Shown here one piece after another: positions 30,549-41,241 of a DNA stretch of 64,000 bases. The stretch spans positions 3,840,001 to 3,904,000 of the forward strand of contig CP170459.1 in the NCBI GenBank assembly GCA_047947115.1, in the 5' to 3' direction. The position numbers and the translations under genes are program-made. Under the pieces are notes generated by a model. That model was not told the origin of the DNA. It did not search any database and saw nothing but the letters and a program-made list of their open reading frames with translations. Within the stretch, counting starts at the first letter, position 1. Each line of letters opens with the position of its first letter. The DNA comes from Verrucomicrobiota bacterium (GTDB taxonomy: Bacteria > Verrucomicrobiota > Verrucomicrobiia > Limisphaerales > AAA164-E04).

Positions 30549-33500
30549 ATGAAAGACACTGATATCAGTCGATTCATAAAACCAGCTTTGATAATCCGTC
30601 AACTTTTGAAACATTCATTGCATTCCTTTCTGGTTTATCTCTGTGTTTGCATATTGGGTGGTTATGTACTCCCGCCAATCAATGCTCAGGATAGTAGTGG
30701 TGAAGAATCACCCATTCAGCCAAAGCAGCAACTGACCACACCCACAATCATCCAGCAACCACTTGATCGCATCGTGCCCGAGGGAACCATTCTATGGTTG
30801 ACGGTGGATGTGGAACATAGCAGTTCCGTGACTTATCAGTGGCAGAAAGGACGAACGAATCTTGACGGGTTTGGTACTACTTCCAGCCTTTACCTCGGTC
30901 GAGCGACACCTGATCTCAACGGTGAGTATCGTGTTTTGATTGGTTATGATGGAGGTGAGTTGGTAAGCCGTGTGGCACGTGTCATCGTGCAACCCGAGGA
31001 CGGGAGCAAGACGAACATCAGTTTCTACCCTTTGTTGACTGAAAAAGGAGCGAAGACATCTTACGAGGTTCCGAGTGGTTTTGATGGTGATACGGTGGTG
31101 AGTACCGAAGAGAACGTTAGCGTGGATGGTGATCCGGTTCTGGCTTACACCGATACCAGAGGAACGAATTTAAAAATCGGATCGTTCATCATTCCTCGGG
31201 AAGATTATCTCGTATCTTCAACATACGACTATGGTCGAACAGATGGAGGGATGAACTACTACGGATTCAAGGTAGTTGCTTCGACCAAGAACTCAGACCC
31301 GTTTCTTAGTGAATTTTTTGATAAGGATCAAATTTTTTCGATCACGCCAGTGCATGGTTTTCCTGCCAAACGTGAGACAATCGATCGAGAACTGCGCTCT
31401 GAACCATACTTCTTTTATCCCGAAGTCGTTGAGTTGGGTAAGATATATGAGAAAACCAACTCGGTTACGGAGGAAGGCGTTCAATACGATAATGAAGTGC
31501 AGTTTCCTAATGACAATATTGATTTCACGCACATGGACTCCACGTCCGAGCGAACCGAAACGATGCGCGTCGTTTATCTTCTGGATTCCATCAAGGACGC
31601 CTCGCCTTCGTCAAAGGATATCTACGCCGACCTTTTGGATGACGAAACCATGACAGCTCTCGTGGTGGTTACCGAACATAATGAAACATATCGCAAAGAT
31701 AATTCAGTGATGTATTTTGAAGATGGTAGCACTTTCCCAATGGGGCAGGTATATCAAAACGGATTGGTGCAATCCACATCGGTGGAATGGCGTGTCAAAG
31801 GTATCGGGCTGGTTCGTGTTGTTTCCTTGCAAGGCTTGTATTTGGATGAAATCCTGGAACAGCGTTTTTTCGATGTTGAACTGAACAACAACATGATCAT
31901 TGGGGGAACCTTTGATCAATGGCTTTACAGAAGGTTTGGTCAATTTGACATAGATGTCCCGGAGACAACGCGCATTGTCGGAAACACGGAACCACCGTTC
32001 ATCGGGTTGAACAAGCTGGATACGGATGTGGAGGTTCATGATGGTCTGGTGTCCATATTTGGGTTTGATGAAGTCGTGCTGGAGCCAGACCAAGCTCCTG
32101 TTCTAAGTGGTGGGGAAGATCTTCTTGTGACGGAGCCGACAGAGGTTGAATGGCAATTTAATGCCAGCGATCCTGATGGGCGTCAGGAGATCGAATATCG
32201 AGTCTGGCGTACCGCCGGGTTGGATGCACGGATTGATCGGGTTACGGGGGAGTTTACTCTCAACATCGGTTCCAATATCCCCGATGGCGAATACACTGTC
32301 ACCGTGCGAGCCAAGGAAGTCGGACCTTATTCCCTTGCCACTTTCAAATCCTTTACCGTGAACGTCCAAATGGGAAACACAGGTGAACTGGTTCCATGGT
32401 CCATCCATAACCCGGGGTTTGAAACCCCCGAATCCATTTCTGCTCCTTTCGACAACAGGATTCCGTCCGAAGCTGGTGAATGGAAGGGGTTTCTGGTTGA
32501 CATATCAGATGAACCTTCCGGGATCGATTTTCCTGAAGGAAATCGTGCTTTGAGATTATTTGCCGAACCCCCACAAGCCGAGGAAGGGACTCGCTATTAT
32601 GGTAGTGAGGTCTTTCAGATCATCGATTTTAGAAGCAAACGTGATGTAATCGACACCGGAACAGTAGTGTTGGATTTCGAAGTGCTGGCTAATCAGATTG
32701 TAGCGCCCGGATCAGAAATTCCGGCTGAGTTATATGTCGATCTCATGGGTTACTCAGGGCAGCCAAGTGATTTGATTCGTGGAAATTTTAGCGAAAATTC
32801 CACAGTCAGATGGAATATAAATCTGACACCGGACACGGATTCGTCCACTTGGGAATCTATGGCTGCGGAGCTGCCGCTTCCTCCTGAAACAGATTGTCTT
32901 GCGATCCGGTTGGGGAGCAGTGTTGAAATCACGGAGATCCAATCACTGGATCAGTTGGGGCAGTATTTTTTTGATAATGTGCAAATATCTATGAAAACAC
33001 TGGAGGAATCCTTTGCACAGCTCACATCCCCGATCCAAAATATTCAGTGGGCAACCGGACCCAGTCACGTCTGGCATGTGGATGCTTCTTCCGACACATC
33101 CAATGGACCTTGTCTTAAGCCGACCAGTATTATGCATGGTGATTCGGCTGTCGTTCAGGCGGAAATTCAAGGGCCCGGAACATTCTCCTTTGAATGGCAA
33201 TATCGTGCCAGGGCCTTTTCGCGGGTGGCATTGATGGTTCATATGGATGGCAACCTAATAGCCAGGCAGGATGAGCCGGATGATTGGTTACCCCAATCCA
33301 TCAATATCCCTGAAGGCCAGCATACCTTGCAGTGGACAATTTCCGTCCCCGGTAGCGATTTCCCGTTTTGGCAATCTGATCTTGCTGCAATCAGGTCGAT
33401 TCAATTTGCTCGAAACACCGATTTTCCCAGCGTGGCAATCATCGAGGACATTGTGGCGCAGGCAGGTCAAACGGTAAGTTTCGTGGCGGATGTGACCGGC

Positions 33501-35933
33501 AGTGATGTGTTGAGCTATCAATGGTACAAAGATGGCGTTGCCATTCCGGGGGCCATTGGCACATCGCTGGCGTTGCTCGATGTGAAGGAATTAGACGCCG
33601 GTCATTACAGCATTCGGGTTGAATCCGAGGGGCAGGTGATCGAAAGCAATCGTGCATCACTGACGGTGTTGACTTCAGAACCGCAAACACCGGAACCTCC
33701 CGTCATCACAACTCATCCGTCTGATCTGAGCGTATTTCAGAGCGAAGATGTCATGTTTTCAGTGTCGGCTCAAAGTGCGGAGCAGGAAACTTACCAGTGG
33801 TACTTTAATGATGCCGAGCTGACCGGAGAGACGACATCCTCTTTGAAGCTCCTTGATGTGACGCTCGATCAAGCCGGCGAATATCATGTGAAGGTTTCCA
33901 ACAGTGGGGGAAGTGCTTTGAGCCGATCGGCTTTGCTTACTGTGGTGCCGACAACAGTCGATCCACCGGTCATCACTCCTCAGAACGGAATGGTTCTGAT
34001 CCATAACGAAGGGCCGGTTGGGATCGGAAAAGATCATTCCAACCTGATTCCCGTGACCATCGAGGCCTTTCATATTGATATTTACGAAGTCACCAAGGAG
34101 CTTTGGGATACTGTGCGTGACTGGGGGCTTTCCAATGGTTACGAAGATTTGGCGGAAGGTTTGGCTGGTTGGGAGGGAAATGAGAGGCACCCAGTGACAA
34201 AGGTGAACCTCTTTGATGCAATGAAATGGTGTAATGCACGATCGGAGATGAATGGACTCCAACCCGCTTATTTTCTGGATGCTGCCAAGACAGATGCTTA
34301 CCGGATTGGGAATCATTCGTTGGTTTATTTAAATCTTCAATCAGGATACAGATTGCCAAGCGAGCAGGAGTGGGAGAAAGCGGCAAGGGGAGACCGATAT
34401 GCTGATGCGGAAAAAACAAAAGGCTACAAATATCCTTGGGGCAATGATTCGATATTAGAATCATTAGCCAACTTTAACAACTCACGGGACACAACCGCAG
34501 CAGTCGGGAATTTTCCACCGAATGACTACGGATTGTATGATATGTCCGGCAATGTCTGGGAGTGGTGTGTTAACATCACCTCAACAGGCAGCACGATAGA
34601 ACGCAACTATCGAGGCGGTGCTTTTACAGAAATCGCAGAACAGTGTACAGTGGTCAGTACACCTCATGGAGATAATGCGCCAGCACGGACAAACGCAGGA
34701 GGCACCATTGGTTTCAGGACCGTTTTACCAGGCAGCCAAACGCTGCCCGATACGCCTGTTCTTTCTTCGATTGTTCGTTCGATTGACGGCAATCAAATCA
34801 CACTGGTCCTGAATCCTGCAGAGGATGTCCTGGTCGTGACGATCGAGGAGACTCTCCCTCCAATGTTTTCAGCTACGAACATATCAGGTTCAGGTGTTTG
34901 GGATGCACGGAATGAAAAAATAAAGTGGGGACCTTATTTTGATAATCAATCGCGCACGCTTACATACACTTTGACACCTCCAGCGGGCTTCTCAGGTTCA
35001 GTCGTGCTGAATGGGCTCGCCAGTTTGGATGGTATGGATTGGACCACTGAAGGGGATGACACTTTGGCTTTCGACGGTCATACGGCAGCGCCGGCGGGGG
35101 AACGCATGATCAGTCAAAACCCCGATGCTGTCGAAGTTTCCTTGTCTGTTCAACCCGCCAACGACACCGTCGCTTATGCGGTGGAAGAGTTCCTGCCATC
35201 AGGATTCTCCGCGACCTCCCTGTCAGACGGAGGTTCGTTGGATACGGTGAACAACAAGATCAAGTGGGGTCCCTTCTTTGACAATGACTCTCGCACGTTG
35301 ACGTATGCATTGATTGCTCCAGAGGGGTTTAGTGGGACAGTGGTGTTTTCAGGTTTTGCCAGTTTTGATGGTTTGGATGTTTCCATCGCTGGGGATCGTT
35401 CCATTGAAATCGACAAATCTGCACAAACAGGACCTATCATTGTTGCGCAACCCATCGGAGGCAAGGTGGTGTTGGGGGAATCATTTGCACTCAGCGTATC
35501 TGCTTCCGGTAGTGTGCAGGATTACCAATGGACTAAAGATGGACAGCCTGTTGCAGGCGCTACATTGCCATTTTTGGTTTTACCGGCAGTGAGCATATCG
35601 GATTTTGGGGCCTATCAAGTGATTGTCAGTGGGCCTGATGGTACGGTTGTGAGCGAAGTGGCTACCTTGGCTGAGTTGATCGATATGCCTGCGGGGCCAG
35701 TGATCGATCCGAAGTCGATTTCTTTTCTGGAAATTGGTAACACGCTCAACATGACTTTGAGCATTTCCAGCGAACCATCCAAAACCTACCAGATCATGAT
35801 CCGTGACAGTTTGTCAGGGGATGCGTGGGTTCCTGTCGGTCCGCAACAAATCGCATCGAAGGAATCATTAACCTTTTTGCTGGATGTCACGGGAAAGAAT
35901 GCAGCTTTCTTTATCGCGACGGAGGTGGAGTGA
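30549..35933 (+). CDS. Large secreted multidomain protein (Ig, cadherin-like, FGE-sulfatase-like, two WGP(Y/F)F domains)
   Basis: Four YQW..G..Y Ig repeats, ASDPDG, HPV/RLPSEQEWEKAARG/GLYDMSGNVWEW. Confidence 0.85.
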   Translation: MKDTDISRFIKPALIIRQLLKHSLHSFLVYLCVCILGGYVLPPINAQDSSGEESPIQPKQQLTTPTIIQQPLDRIVPEGTILWLTVDVEHSSSVTYQWQKGRTNLDGFGTTSSLYLGRATPDLNGEYRVLIGYDGGELVSRVARVIVQPEDGSKTNISFYPLLTEKGAKTSYEVPSGFDGDTVVSTEENVSVDGDPVLAYTDTRGTNLKIGSFIIPREDYLVSSTYDYGRTDGGMNYYGFKVVASTKNSDPFLSEFFDKDQIFSITPVHGFPAKRETIDRELRSEPYFFYPEVVELGKIYEKTNSVTEEGVQYDNEVQFPNDNIDFTHMDSTSERTETMRVVYLLDSIKDASPSSKDIYADLLDDETMTALVVVTEHNETYRKDNSVMYFEDGSTFPMGQVYQNGLVQSTSVEWRVKGIGLVRVVSLQGLYLDEILEQRFFDVELNNNMIIGGTFDQWLYRRFGQFDIDVPETTRIVGNTEPPFIGLNKLDTDVEVHDGLVSIFGFDEVVLEPDQAPVLSGGEDLLVTEPTEVEWQFNASDPDGRQEIEYRVWRTAGLDARIDRVTGEFTLNIGSNIPDGEYTVTVRAKEVGPYSLATFKSFTVNVQMGNTGELVPWSIHNPGFETPESISAPFDNRIPSEAGEWKGFLVDISDEPSGIDFPEGNRALRLFAEPPQAEEGTRYYGSEVFQIIDFRSKRDVIDTGTVVLDFEVLANQIVAPGSEIPAELYVDLMGYSGQPSDLIRGNFSENSTVRWNINLTPDTDSSTWESMAAELPLPPETDCLAIRLGSSVEITEIQSLDQLGQYFFDNVQISMKTLEESFAQLTSPIQNIQWATGPSHVWHVDASSDTSNGPCLKPTSIMHGDSAVVQAEIQGPGTFSFEWQYRARAFSRVALMVHMDGNLIARQDEPDDWLPQSINIPEGQHTLQWTISVPGSDFPFWQSDLAAIRSIQFARNTDFPSVAIIEDIVAQAGQTVSFVADVTGSDVLSYQWYKDGVAIPGAIGTSLALLDVKELDAGHYSIRVESEGQVIESNRASLTVLTSEPQTPEPPVITTHPSDLSVFQSEDVMFSVSAQSAEQETYQWYFNDAELTGETTSSLKLLDVTLDQAGEYHVKVSNSGGSALSRSALLTVVPTTVDPPVITPQNGMVLIHNEGPVGIGKDHSNLIPVTIEAFHIDIYEVTKELWDTVRDWGLSNGYEDLAEGLAGWEGNERHPVTKVNLFDAMKWCNARSEMNGLQPAYFLDAAKTDAYRIGNHSLVYLNLQSGYRLPSEQEWEKAARGDRYADAEKTKGYKYPWGNDSILESLANFNNSRDTTAAVGNFPPNDYGLYDMSGNVWEWCVNITSTGSTIERNYRGGAFTEIAEQCTVVSTPHGDNAPARTNAGGTIGFRTVLPGSQTLPDTPVLSSIVRSIDGNQITLVLNPAEDVLVVTIEETLPPMFSATNISGSGVWDARNEKIKWGPYFDNQSRTLTYTLTPPAGFSGSVVLNGLASLDGMDWTTEGDDTLAFDGHTAAPAGERMISQNPDAVEVSLSVQPANDTVAYAVEEFLPSGFSATSLSDGGSLDTVNNKIKWGPFFDNDSRTLTYALIAPEGFSGTVVFSGFASFDGLDVSIAGDRSIEIDKSAQTGPIIVAQPIGGKVVLGESFALSVSASGSVQDYQWTKDGQPVAGATLPFLVLPAVSISDFGAYQVIVSGPDGTVVSEVATLAELIDMPAGPVIDPKSISFLEIGNTLNMTLSISSEPSKTYQIMIRDSLSGDAWVPVGPQQIASKESLTFLLDVTGKNAAFFIATEVE

Positions 35934-35997
35934 TCATGGCCAGGAACCAGGATTTTCATTTATCTGTTTGGAGCTGCGTTGTTCCTGTGTTAACTAA

Positions 35998-37578
35998 CCC
36001 GGATATTTCATTAAATTAAAAAAAATTAGCGAAGTTTTTGGGATAATCCCATATGGTTGTTGGTGTTGAAACAAAAACCAGTAAAAACTCCGCTAATGAC
36101 AAACTGTAACCAGATTTCTTTTGAGTTTCCAAGCCTTGAACGACGAAAAATTGAGGCTTCTTTCAGCGGTGGTCACATTTCCTCGGACGGTGGTGCTTTG
36201 TTTTTAAGGCAGGCTGATCGGTTACTTGGTCTTACCAAATCGATTTCCAAGGTGATGACCGATCCTCGTCAATCTGGCCGGACGGCTCATTCCACTCTCG
36301 ATTTGTTGCGTCAACGCATTTACGGCCTGGCCTTGGGATACGAAGATCTCAACGATCACGATTGCCTCCGAAAGGATCCACTCATTCAAAGTGCTGTGGA
36401 ACGTTCTGATTCGCTTGCCAGCAGTCCTACTTTGTGTCGCTTTGAAGCTCGGGCAGATCGCCAAACAGCGATGGATTTTTCGAAAGTCTTGATTGAAACT
36501 TTTATCAACTCTTTCAAAAAAGCTCCGGAAGAACTGATTCTGGATTTTGACGCAACTGATGATCGAGTTCATGGCGGCCAGGAGAGACGCAGTTTTCACG
36601 GGTATTACGATTGCTGGTGTTTCCTTCCTCTTTATGTCTTTTGTGGCGAGCAACTCTTGGTCAGTTATCTACGCCCAAGCAATATTGATCCTGCACGTCA
36701 TGCATGGGCTATTCTCAAATTGCTGGTTCAACGCCTGCGCCTAAAATGGACCAAAGTACGCATCATCTTCCGGGGAGACTCCGGGTTTTGTCGTTGGAGA
36801 ATGTTGCGTTGGTGCGAACCTCATGAAGTGAAGTATGTTGTTGGAATCGCCCAAAACCCACGATTGCTTGAACAAGGACAAAACCTTATTTCAGAATCCG
36901 CTGTTCTCTTTGAAAAGACTGGTGAAAAACAACGCCACTTTGCCTGTCTCCAATACAAGGCACATTCCTGGGATCAGGAAAGAATGGTGATCATTAAAGC
37001 GGAACATAATCGACAGGGCAGCAATCCCAGATTTGTGGTGAGTAACCTTTCGGGCAATGCCCAGCATATCTACGAGAAGATTTATTGTGCTCGGGGAGAA
37101 ATGGAAAACCGCATCAAGGAACAACAGCTTGGATTATTCGCCGACCGAACCAGTTGTCATAAATGGTGGAGCAATCAGTTTCGACTCCTGCTCAGCAGTG
37201 CTGCCTATGTGCTGATGGAAACCATCCGCCGAGTTGGATTGAAAGGAAGTGAAATGGCTCGAGCCCAGGTCAGCACCATCCGACTGAAACTGTTCAAAAT
37301 TGGAACCATCGTCCTGAAAAACACAAGACGCATTCGATTATTGATGAGTCAGGCATACCCCTATCAAAAACTCTTTGCACATATTCACGCCAAACTGAAC
37401 ACAGGATAACATGCCCAGAGTGCTGCCCCGGCACGTCGAAAAACAATGGGGGATTGGGGGAGTGTATCCTCAATTCGAAAAGAACCTTAAAAAGGTGCGT
37501 CTGACCTCTCCAAACTCAACCTTGAGCTACAATGAAAACCAATTTGTGGGTATTTCTGGTTTTGATGAAATATCCGGG
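35998..37578 (+). mobile_element. IS1380-family element, copy 2 (1581 bp, CTAA target duplication)
   Basis: Same IRs as copy 1; CTAA on both flanks. Confidence 0.93.
36057..37409 (+). CDS. IS1380 transposase
   Basis: Differs from copy 1 at one visible residue (K/N near the N-terminus). Confidence 0.93.
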   Translation: MLVLKQKPVKTPLMTNCNQISFEFPSLERRKIEASFSGGHISSDGGALFLRQADRLLGLTKSISKVMTDPRQSGRTAHSTLDLLRQRIYGLALGYEDLNDHDCLRKDPLIQSAVERSDSLASSPTLCRFEARADRQTAMDFSKVLIETFINSFKKAPEELILDFDATDDRVHGGQERRSFHGYYDCWCFLPLYVFCGEQLLVSYLRPSNIDPARHAWAILKLLVQRLRLKWTKVRIIFRGDSGFCRWRMLRWCEPHEVKYVVGIAQNPRLLEQGQNLISESAVLFEKTGEKQRHFACLQYKAHSWDQERMVIIKAEHNRQGSNPRFVVSNLSGNAQHIYEKIYCARGEMENRIKEQQLGLFADRTSCHKWWSNQFRLLLSSAAYVLMETIRRVGLKGSEMARAQVSTIRLKLFKIGTIVLKNTRRIRLLMSQAYPYQKLFAHIHAKLNTG

Positions 37579-37599
37579 CTAAATCACGCCGCCCAAAGT

Positions 37600-37670
37600 G
37601 GCCTTCTTTGGACCGGAATAGGTGGCCGATTTGAATCGTAATGCCCGGCAGATTTCGTCCGGAATCCGCA
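37600..37670. mobile_element. Probable IS21-family terminal remnant
   Basis: Repeated CCGGAAT / GGCCGATTTG motifs ending CGGAATCCGCA, resembling IS21 ends; no istA/istB present. Confidence 0.45.
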
Positions 37671-37675
37671 CGTTC

Positions 37676-39199
37676 TCATTCGATGCAGTTCAGGAATCTC
37701 AGACTGTCGTCTCGAATGGCATTTTTTTTCTCATCATTCATGCGGTCAAATGTTTTATACATCATGCTGATACGATGGTTGGATCGGAGTTTTTCCCGGT
37801 TGCGATCCAGAAAATCCCAATAGAGATAATTGAAGGGACAAGCATCAGGCCCATTCTTCTTCGACACCTTGTAACTGCAATGCTTGCAGTAATCAGACAT
37901 CTTGTTGATATAGCTGCCTCCCGCAGCGTATGGTTTGCTGGCTAGGTAACCTCCATCTGCGAATAACACCATGCCGGAGACATTGGGGAGCTCCACCCAT
38001 TCGTAGGCATCTGCATAAACAATCAAAAACCATTCGTTCACGTATTTTGGATCAATCCCCGCCAATAATGCAAAATTACCCAGCACCATCAAACGTTGAA
38101 TATGATGAGCATATGCGTGCTGTATGGTCTCTGAAATACACTGATGCAGGCAGTTCATCTGAGTCTTGGAAGTCCAGAAAAATTCTGGCAAAGGGCGTGT
38201 GACTTCAAAGAAGTTTTTTTGCGCGTAATCAGGCATCTTGAGCCAGTAGATACCTCGCACATACTCCCGCCAGCCGATGATTTGTCGAATAAAGCCCTCG
38301 ACAGCATTCAGGGGCGCTTTCCCTGATAGATAAGCAGCTTCGGCGGCCCTTGCGCATTCCAAAGGCAACAACAAACCGCAATTCAGGTAAAAGCTGATAT
38401 GAGAGTGATACATCCAGGGTTCACCTTCTATCATGGCATCCTGATAGTCGCCAAAAGAAGCAAGACGTTCTTTGATAAATAAATTGAGTACCTTGAGAGC
38501 ATCCTCACGTGTAACCGCAAAATAAAAGGGTTCCAGGTCACCAAAATGATTATTAAAACGTTCTGCAACAGCATGCATCACCTCCTGTGTAATGAAATCT
38601 ATCTGCCCCATAAAAGGAGGCGGCACTTTTAATCTGGTTTTGGGTGGCTTGCGGTTTTCGGTATCGTAATTCCACTGTCCTCCAACCGGTTCACTTTGCT
38701 GCATGAGAATGTCGTATTTCCTTCGCATCTCTCGATAAAAATACTCCATTCGTAACTGCTTGCGCCCCTTACTCCACGCCTCAAAATTTTCAAGCGAACA
38801 TAAGAAACGGTCATCAGCTCGAATCTCGACAGGAAGACCAAAAGCCAGTTGCCATTGCAGCATGTCCTGCAATACTCGGTATTCCCCGGGATAGGTAACA
38901 ACAAGGCGCTTAATGTCATGCTTCTTGAGGATGCGCTCGATTTCTCCTTGGAAAGACCCCGCATTTTCCTCATCGTCGATTTTGGTATACTCTACCTTGT
39001 AATTCTGCCTCATTAATTCCTCCGCGAAATGGCGCATGGCTGAAAAGAGAAAGGCAATTTTCTTCTTGTGATGTTTGACATAAGTAGCCTCATTCCAAAC
39101 TTCACACATTAAAATGATGTCTCGAGACGAGTCGCACCCATCCAAGCTAGATATCGAATCTGAAAGCTGATCCCCGAGGATCAAACGAAGTGTGCTCAT
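37676..39199 (-). CDS. Cryptochrome/photolyase-related protein (DPRP / FeS-type (6-4) photolyase class)
   Basis: LILGDQL, HHKKKI, RMEYFYREMR, YAHHIQRLM, MSDYCKHC...ACPFN FeS cysteines. Confidence 0.92.
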   Translation of the reverse strand: MSTLRLILGDQLSDSISSLDGCDSSRDIILMCEVWNEATYVKHHKKKIAFLFSAMRHFAEELMRQNYKVEYTKIDDEENAGSFQGEIERILKKHDIKRLVVTYPGEYRVLQDMLQWQLAFGLPVEIRADDRFLCSLENFEAWSKGRKQLRMEYFYREMRRKYDILMQQSEPVGGQWNYDTENRKPPKTRLKVPPPFMGQIDFITQEVMHAVAERFNNHFGDLEPFYFAVTREDALKVLNLFIKERLASFGDYQDAMIEGEPWMYHSHISFYLNCGLLLPLECARAAEAAYLSGKAPLNAVEGFIRQIIGWREYVRGIYWLKMPDYAQKNFFEVTRPLPEFFWTSKTQMNCLHQCISETIQHAYAHHIQRLMVLGNFALLAGIDPKYVNEWFLIVYADAYEWVELPNVSGMVLFADGGYLASKPYAAGGSYINKMSDYCKHCSYKVSKKNGPDACPFNYLYWDFLDRNREKLRSNHRISMMYKTFDRMNDEKKNAIRDDSLRFLNCIE

Positions 39200-40710
39200 A
39201 AAGGCAGTTCCTCTTGCTGGCTGATGTTTTTTGTATGACGGTTTAGGTTTCTACGGCGGCTGGATTTGCGGCTTCCATGTTTGTTGACGATTTTCTGCGA
39301 GCTATCTAGATGTGTTTTGTTATTTTTCCTGAGGCTATAAAGCTTGCTTGCGGCTGCTTTTCGCCCGTCTTTTTCGTCGATGACTGGCATGGGATAATTG
39401 CCCATCTGTGATTTGGCCAGCCATGGTGTATGAATGAAGGCGTGATCCATTCCCCGCAGTTCAGTTACCCAACGACGAATAAAACTTCCTCGAGGATCGT
39501 GATCAATGCCTTGCTTGACAGGGTTGTAGATACGGATGGTGTTGATTCCTGTCGTACCGGACTGCATTTGCACCTGAGCGTAGTGGATGCCGGGTTCGTA
39601 GTCGGTGAAAAGTTTGGCCAAGTGCAGCGCAGGCCTGCGCCAGTGGAGCCATAGATGGTAACTCGCAAAACTCATGACCATGGCACGCATGCGGAAATTG
39701 AGCCAACCTGTAGATCTCAGCGCTCGCATGCAGGCATCCACCATTGGGTAACCCGTTTTGCCTGCTTTCCACGCTTCAAAAAGTGCCTCATTGAAATCAT
39801 GTTCTCTCAAACCATCATAAGCGGGGTGCATGTTTTCAAATTCAATGCGTGATTCGTCTTCAAGCTTTTGTATAAAATGGCAGTGCCAACGGAGCCTGCT
39901 TGAAAAAGAACGAAGGGCACTCGGCCATTTGCCTTTCATGCCAGGACGCATTTGCTTGATTTCCTGAAGGCGGTGTTCGCATGCGTGCGAAACTTCACGT
40001 ATTGAAACCGTTCCGAATGCCAGGTGTGTGGATAAACGTGAACAGCTTTGAAATGCTGTAACTGGCGAAGACATCTCCTGCGTGTAACCCTCTCCTCGCT
40101 CATGGAGAAAGTTATGGAGTAATTTCAGCGCTTTCTTACGACCTCCTTTTTGCAACTCTGTGAAAGCATCCGTCTCCATACCCAGTTCATCAGCATCAGG
40201 CAGTGATTCTGAATGTTCTTCGATACTTTTGAGCGACTCTGGAGGCGCAATGATAGGCTTTTTCATCCGTCCGTACCATTTTGATGCCCAGCCATCACGG
40301 CCGCTCAAGCGACGAATGACACCATTTTGACAGGGCTCATGCCACGGGATATTCCTGTCATGACACCATTGCTTGACCATCTTATCCCGTTCATAAGTCC
40401 AACCATTCCAAGTCTCCTGATGCGACCAAAGTGCCTGTATGTCGAGGTGCTGATGGAGCTTCTCCAATACGTCAATCGCATTGCCTTTTTTGATGATAAG
40501 TTTTTGCCCGGTCGCCTGCAGTGACTTATTGAGCTCACAAAGGCAATCTTTCAAAAATGCGAGATGCCGCCGACTCATGTCGGGTTCTTTCCAAAGCTCT
40601 GGTTCGAAAATATAAAGGGGTAAAACAGGACCTAATCTTGAGGCTTCAGCCAAAGCTTCATGGTCTGCGATCCGCAAATCCCGCTTGAACCAAACAATGT
40701 TTATTCCCAT
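39196..40710 (-). CDS. Deoxyribodipyrimidine photolyase-family FAD-binding protein
   Basis: VWFKRDLRIADH, SRLSTHLAFG, GWLNFRMRAM, DYEPGIH; start at MGINIV. Confidence 0.9.
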   Translation of the reverse strand: MGINIVWFKRDLRIADHEALAEASRLGPVLPLYIFEPELWKEPDMSRRHLAFLKDCLCELNKSLQATGQKLIIKKGNAIDVLEKLHQHLDIQALWSHQETWNGWTYERDKMVKQWCHDRNIPWHEPCQNGVIRRLSGRDGWASKWYGRMKKPIIAPPESLKSIEEHSESLPDADELGMETDAFTELQKGGRKKALKLLHNFLHERGEGYTQEMSSPVTAFQSCSRLSTHLAFGTVSIREVSHACEHRLQEIKQMRPGMKGKWPSALRSFSSRLRWHCHFIQKLEDESRIEFENMHPAYDGLREHDFNEALFEAWKAGKTGYPMVDACMRALRSTGWLNFRMRAMVMSFASYHLWLHWRRPALHLAKLFTDYEPGIHYAQVQMQSGTTGINTIRIYNPVKQGIDHDPRGSFIRRWVTELRGMDHAFIHTPWLAKSQMGNYPMPVIDEKDGRKAAASKLYSLRKNNKTHLDSSQKIVNKHGSRKSSRRRNLNRHTKNISQQEELPL

Positions 40711-40942
40711 GTTTCGTAAAGTGCTTGTTGATATTTGACCGATTGCTTTCTCCTGTGCTTGGCTATGCGACCCGATACTCGTTTTCGCCACAAACGAAAG
40801 CTGGATGGTTTCAGGAAACGTCTCATGATCGAGATGGTCTCGGGTTCAGTCGAGCCTGTGAGTGCTTGAATGTCGTCAAAGGAGTTTTGTCACACCAAGC
40901 CATTTGAACGATTTCATTAATTTCTATCATGTCTTTATTCAT
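40701..40942 (-). pseudogene. TIGR03643/DUF2805-family small protein with a 1-nt frameshift
   Basis: IVQMAWCDKT in one frame, then FDDIQ...IMRRFLKPSSFRLWRKRVSGR in another; break near 40880. Confidence 0.75.
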
Positions 40943-41241
40943 TGCAATTTTATCTCATTTCGCGTTTAGACAGTACATGGTTTGATTGATACTCAGTGTT
41001 TCCGAGCTCTCAACATGTCCGTTCGCAATCTCAGCTGGTGAGATCTTCAGTTTCGAAACACACAACTTTGGGTCGAGGGGAGTTCATGGAGGACTTTCTG
41101 ACGAACATTTACGTTTTGATGATGGACTTAATTTTTTGGGGGTTACTCCTGAGATCTTTGACCGTTCTTCATGATGATCCCTCCCCTTAAAGGCTGAATA
41201 CAAAAAGAAGTAAACCCTGCAGAGCCGGGATGGATGGTCGA

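Noticed and set aside
19784..35933. Diversity-generating retroelement targeting the FGE/C-type-lectin domains
   Set aside because: No reverse transcriptase and no template/variable repeat pair was seen.
40955..41110. Degenerate DUF2256-like gene in the photolyase cluster
   Set aside because: Only faint resemblance across stops and frames; not supportable.
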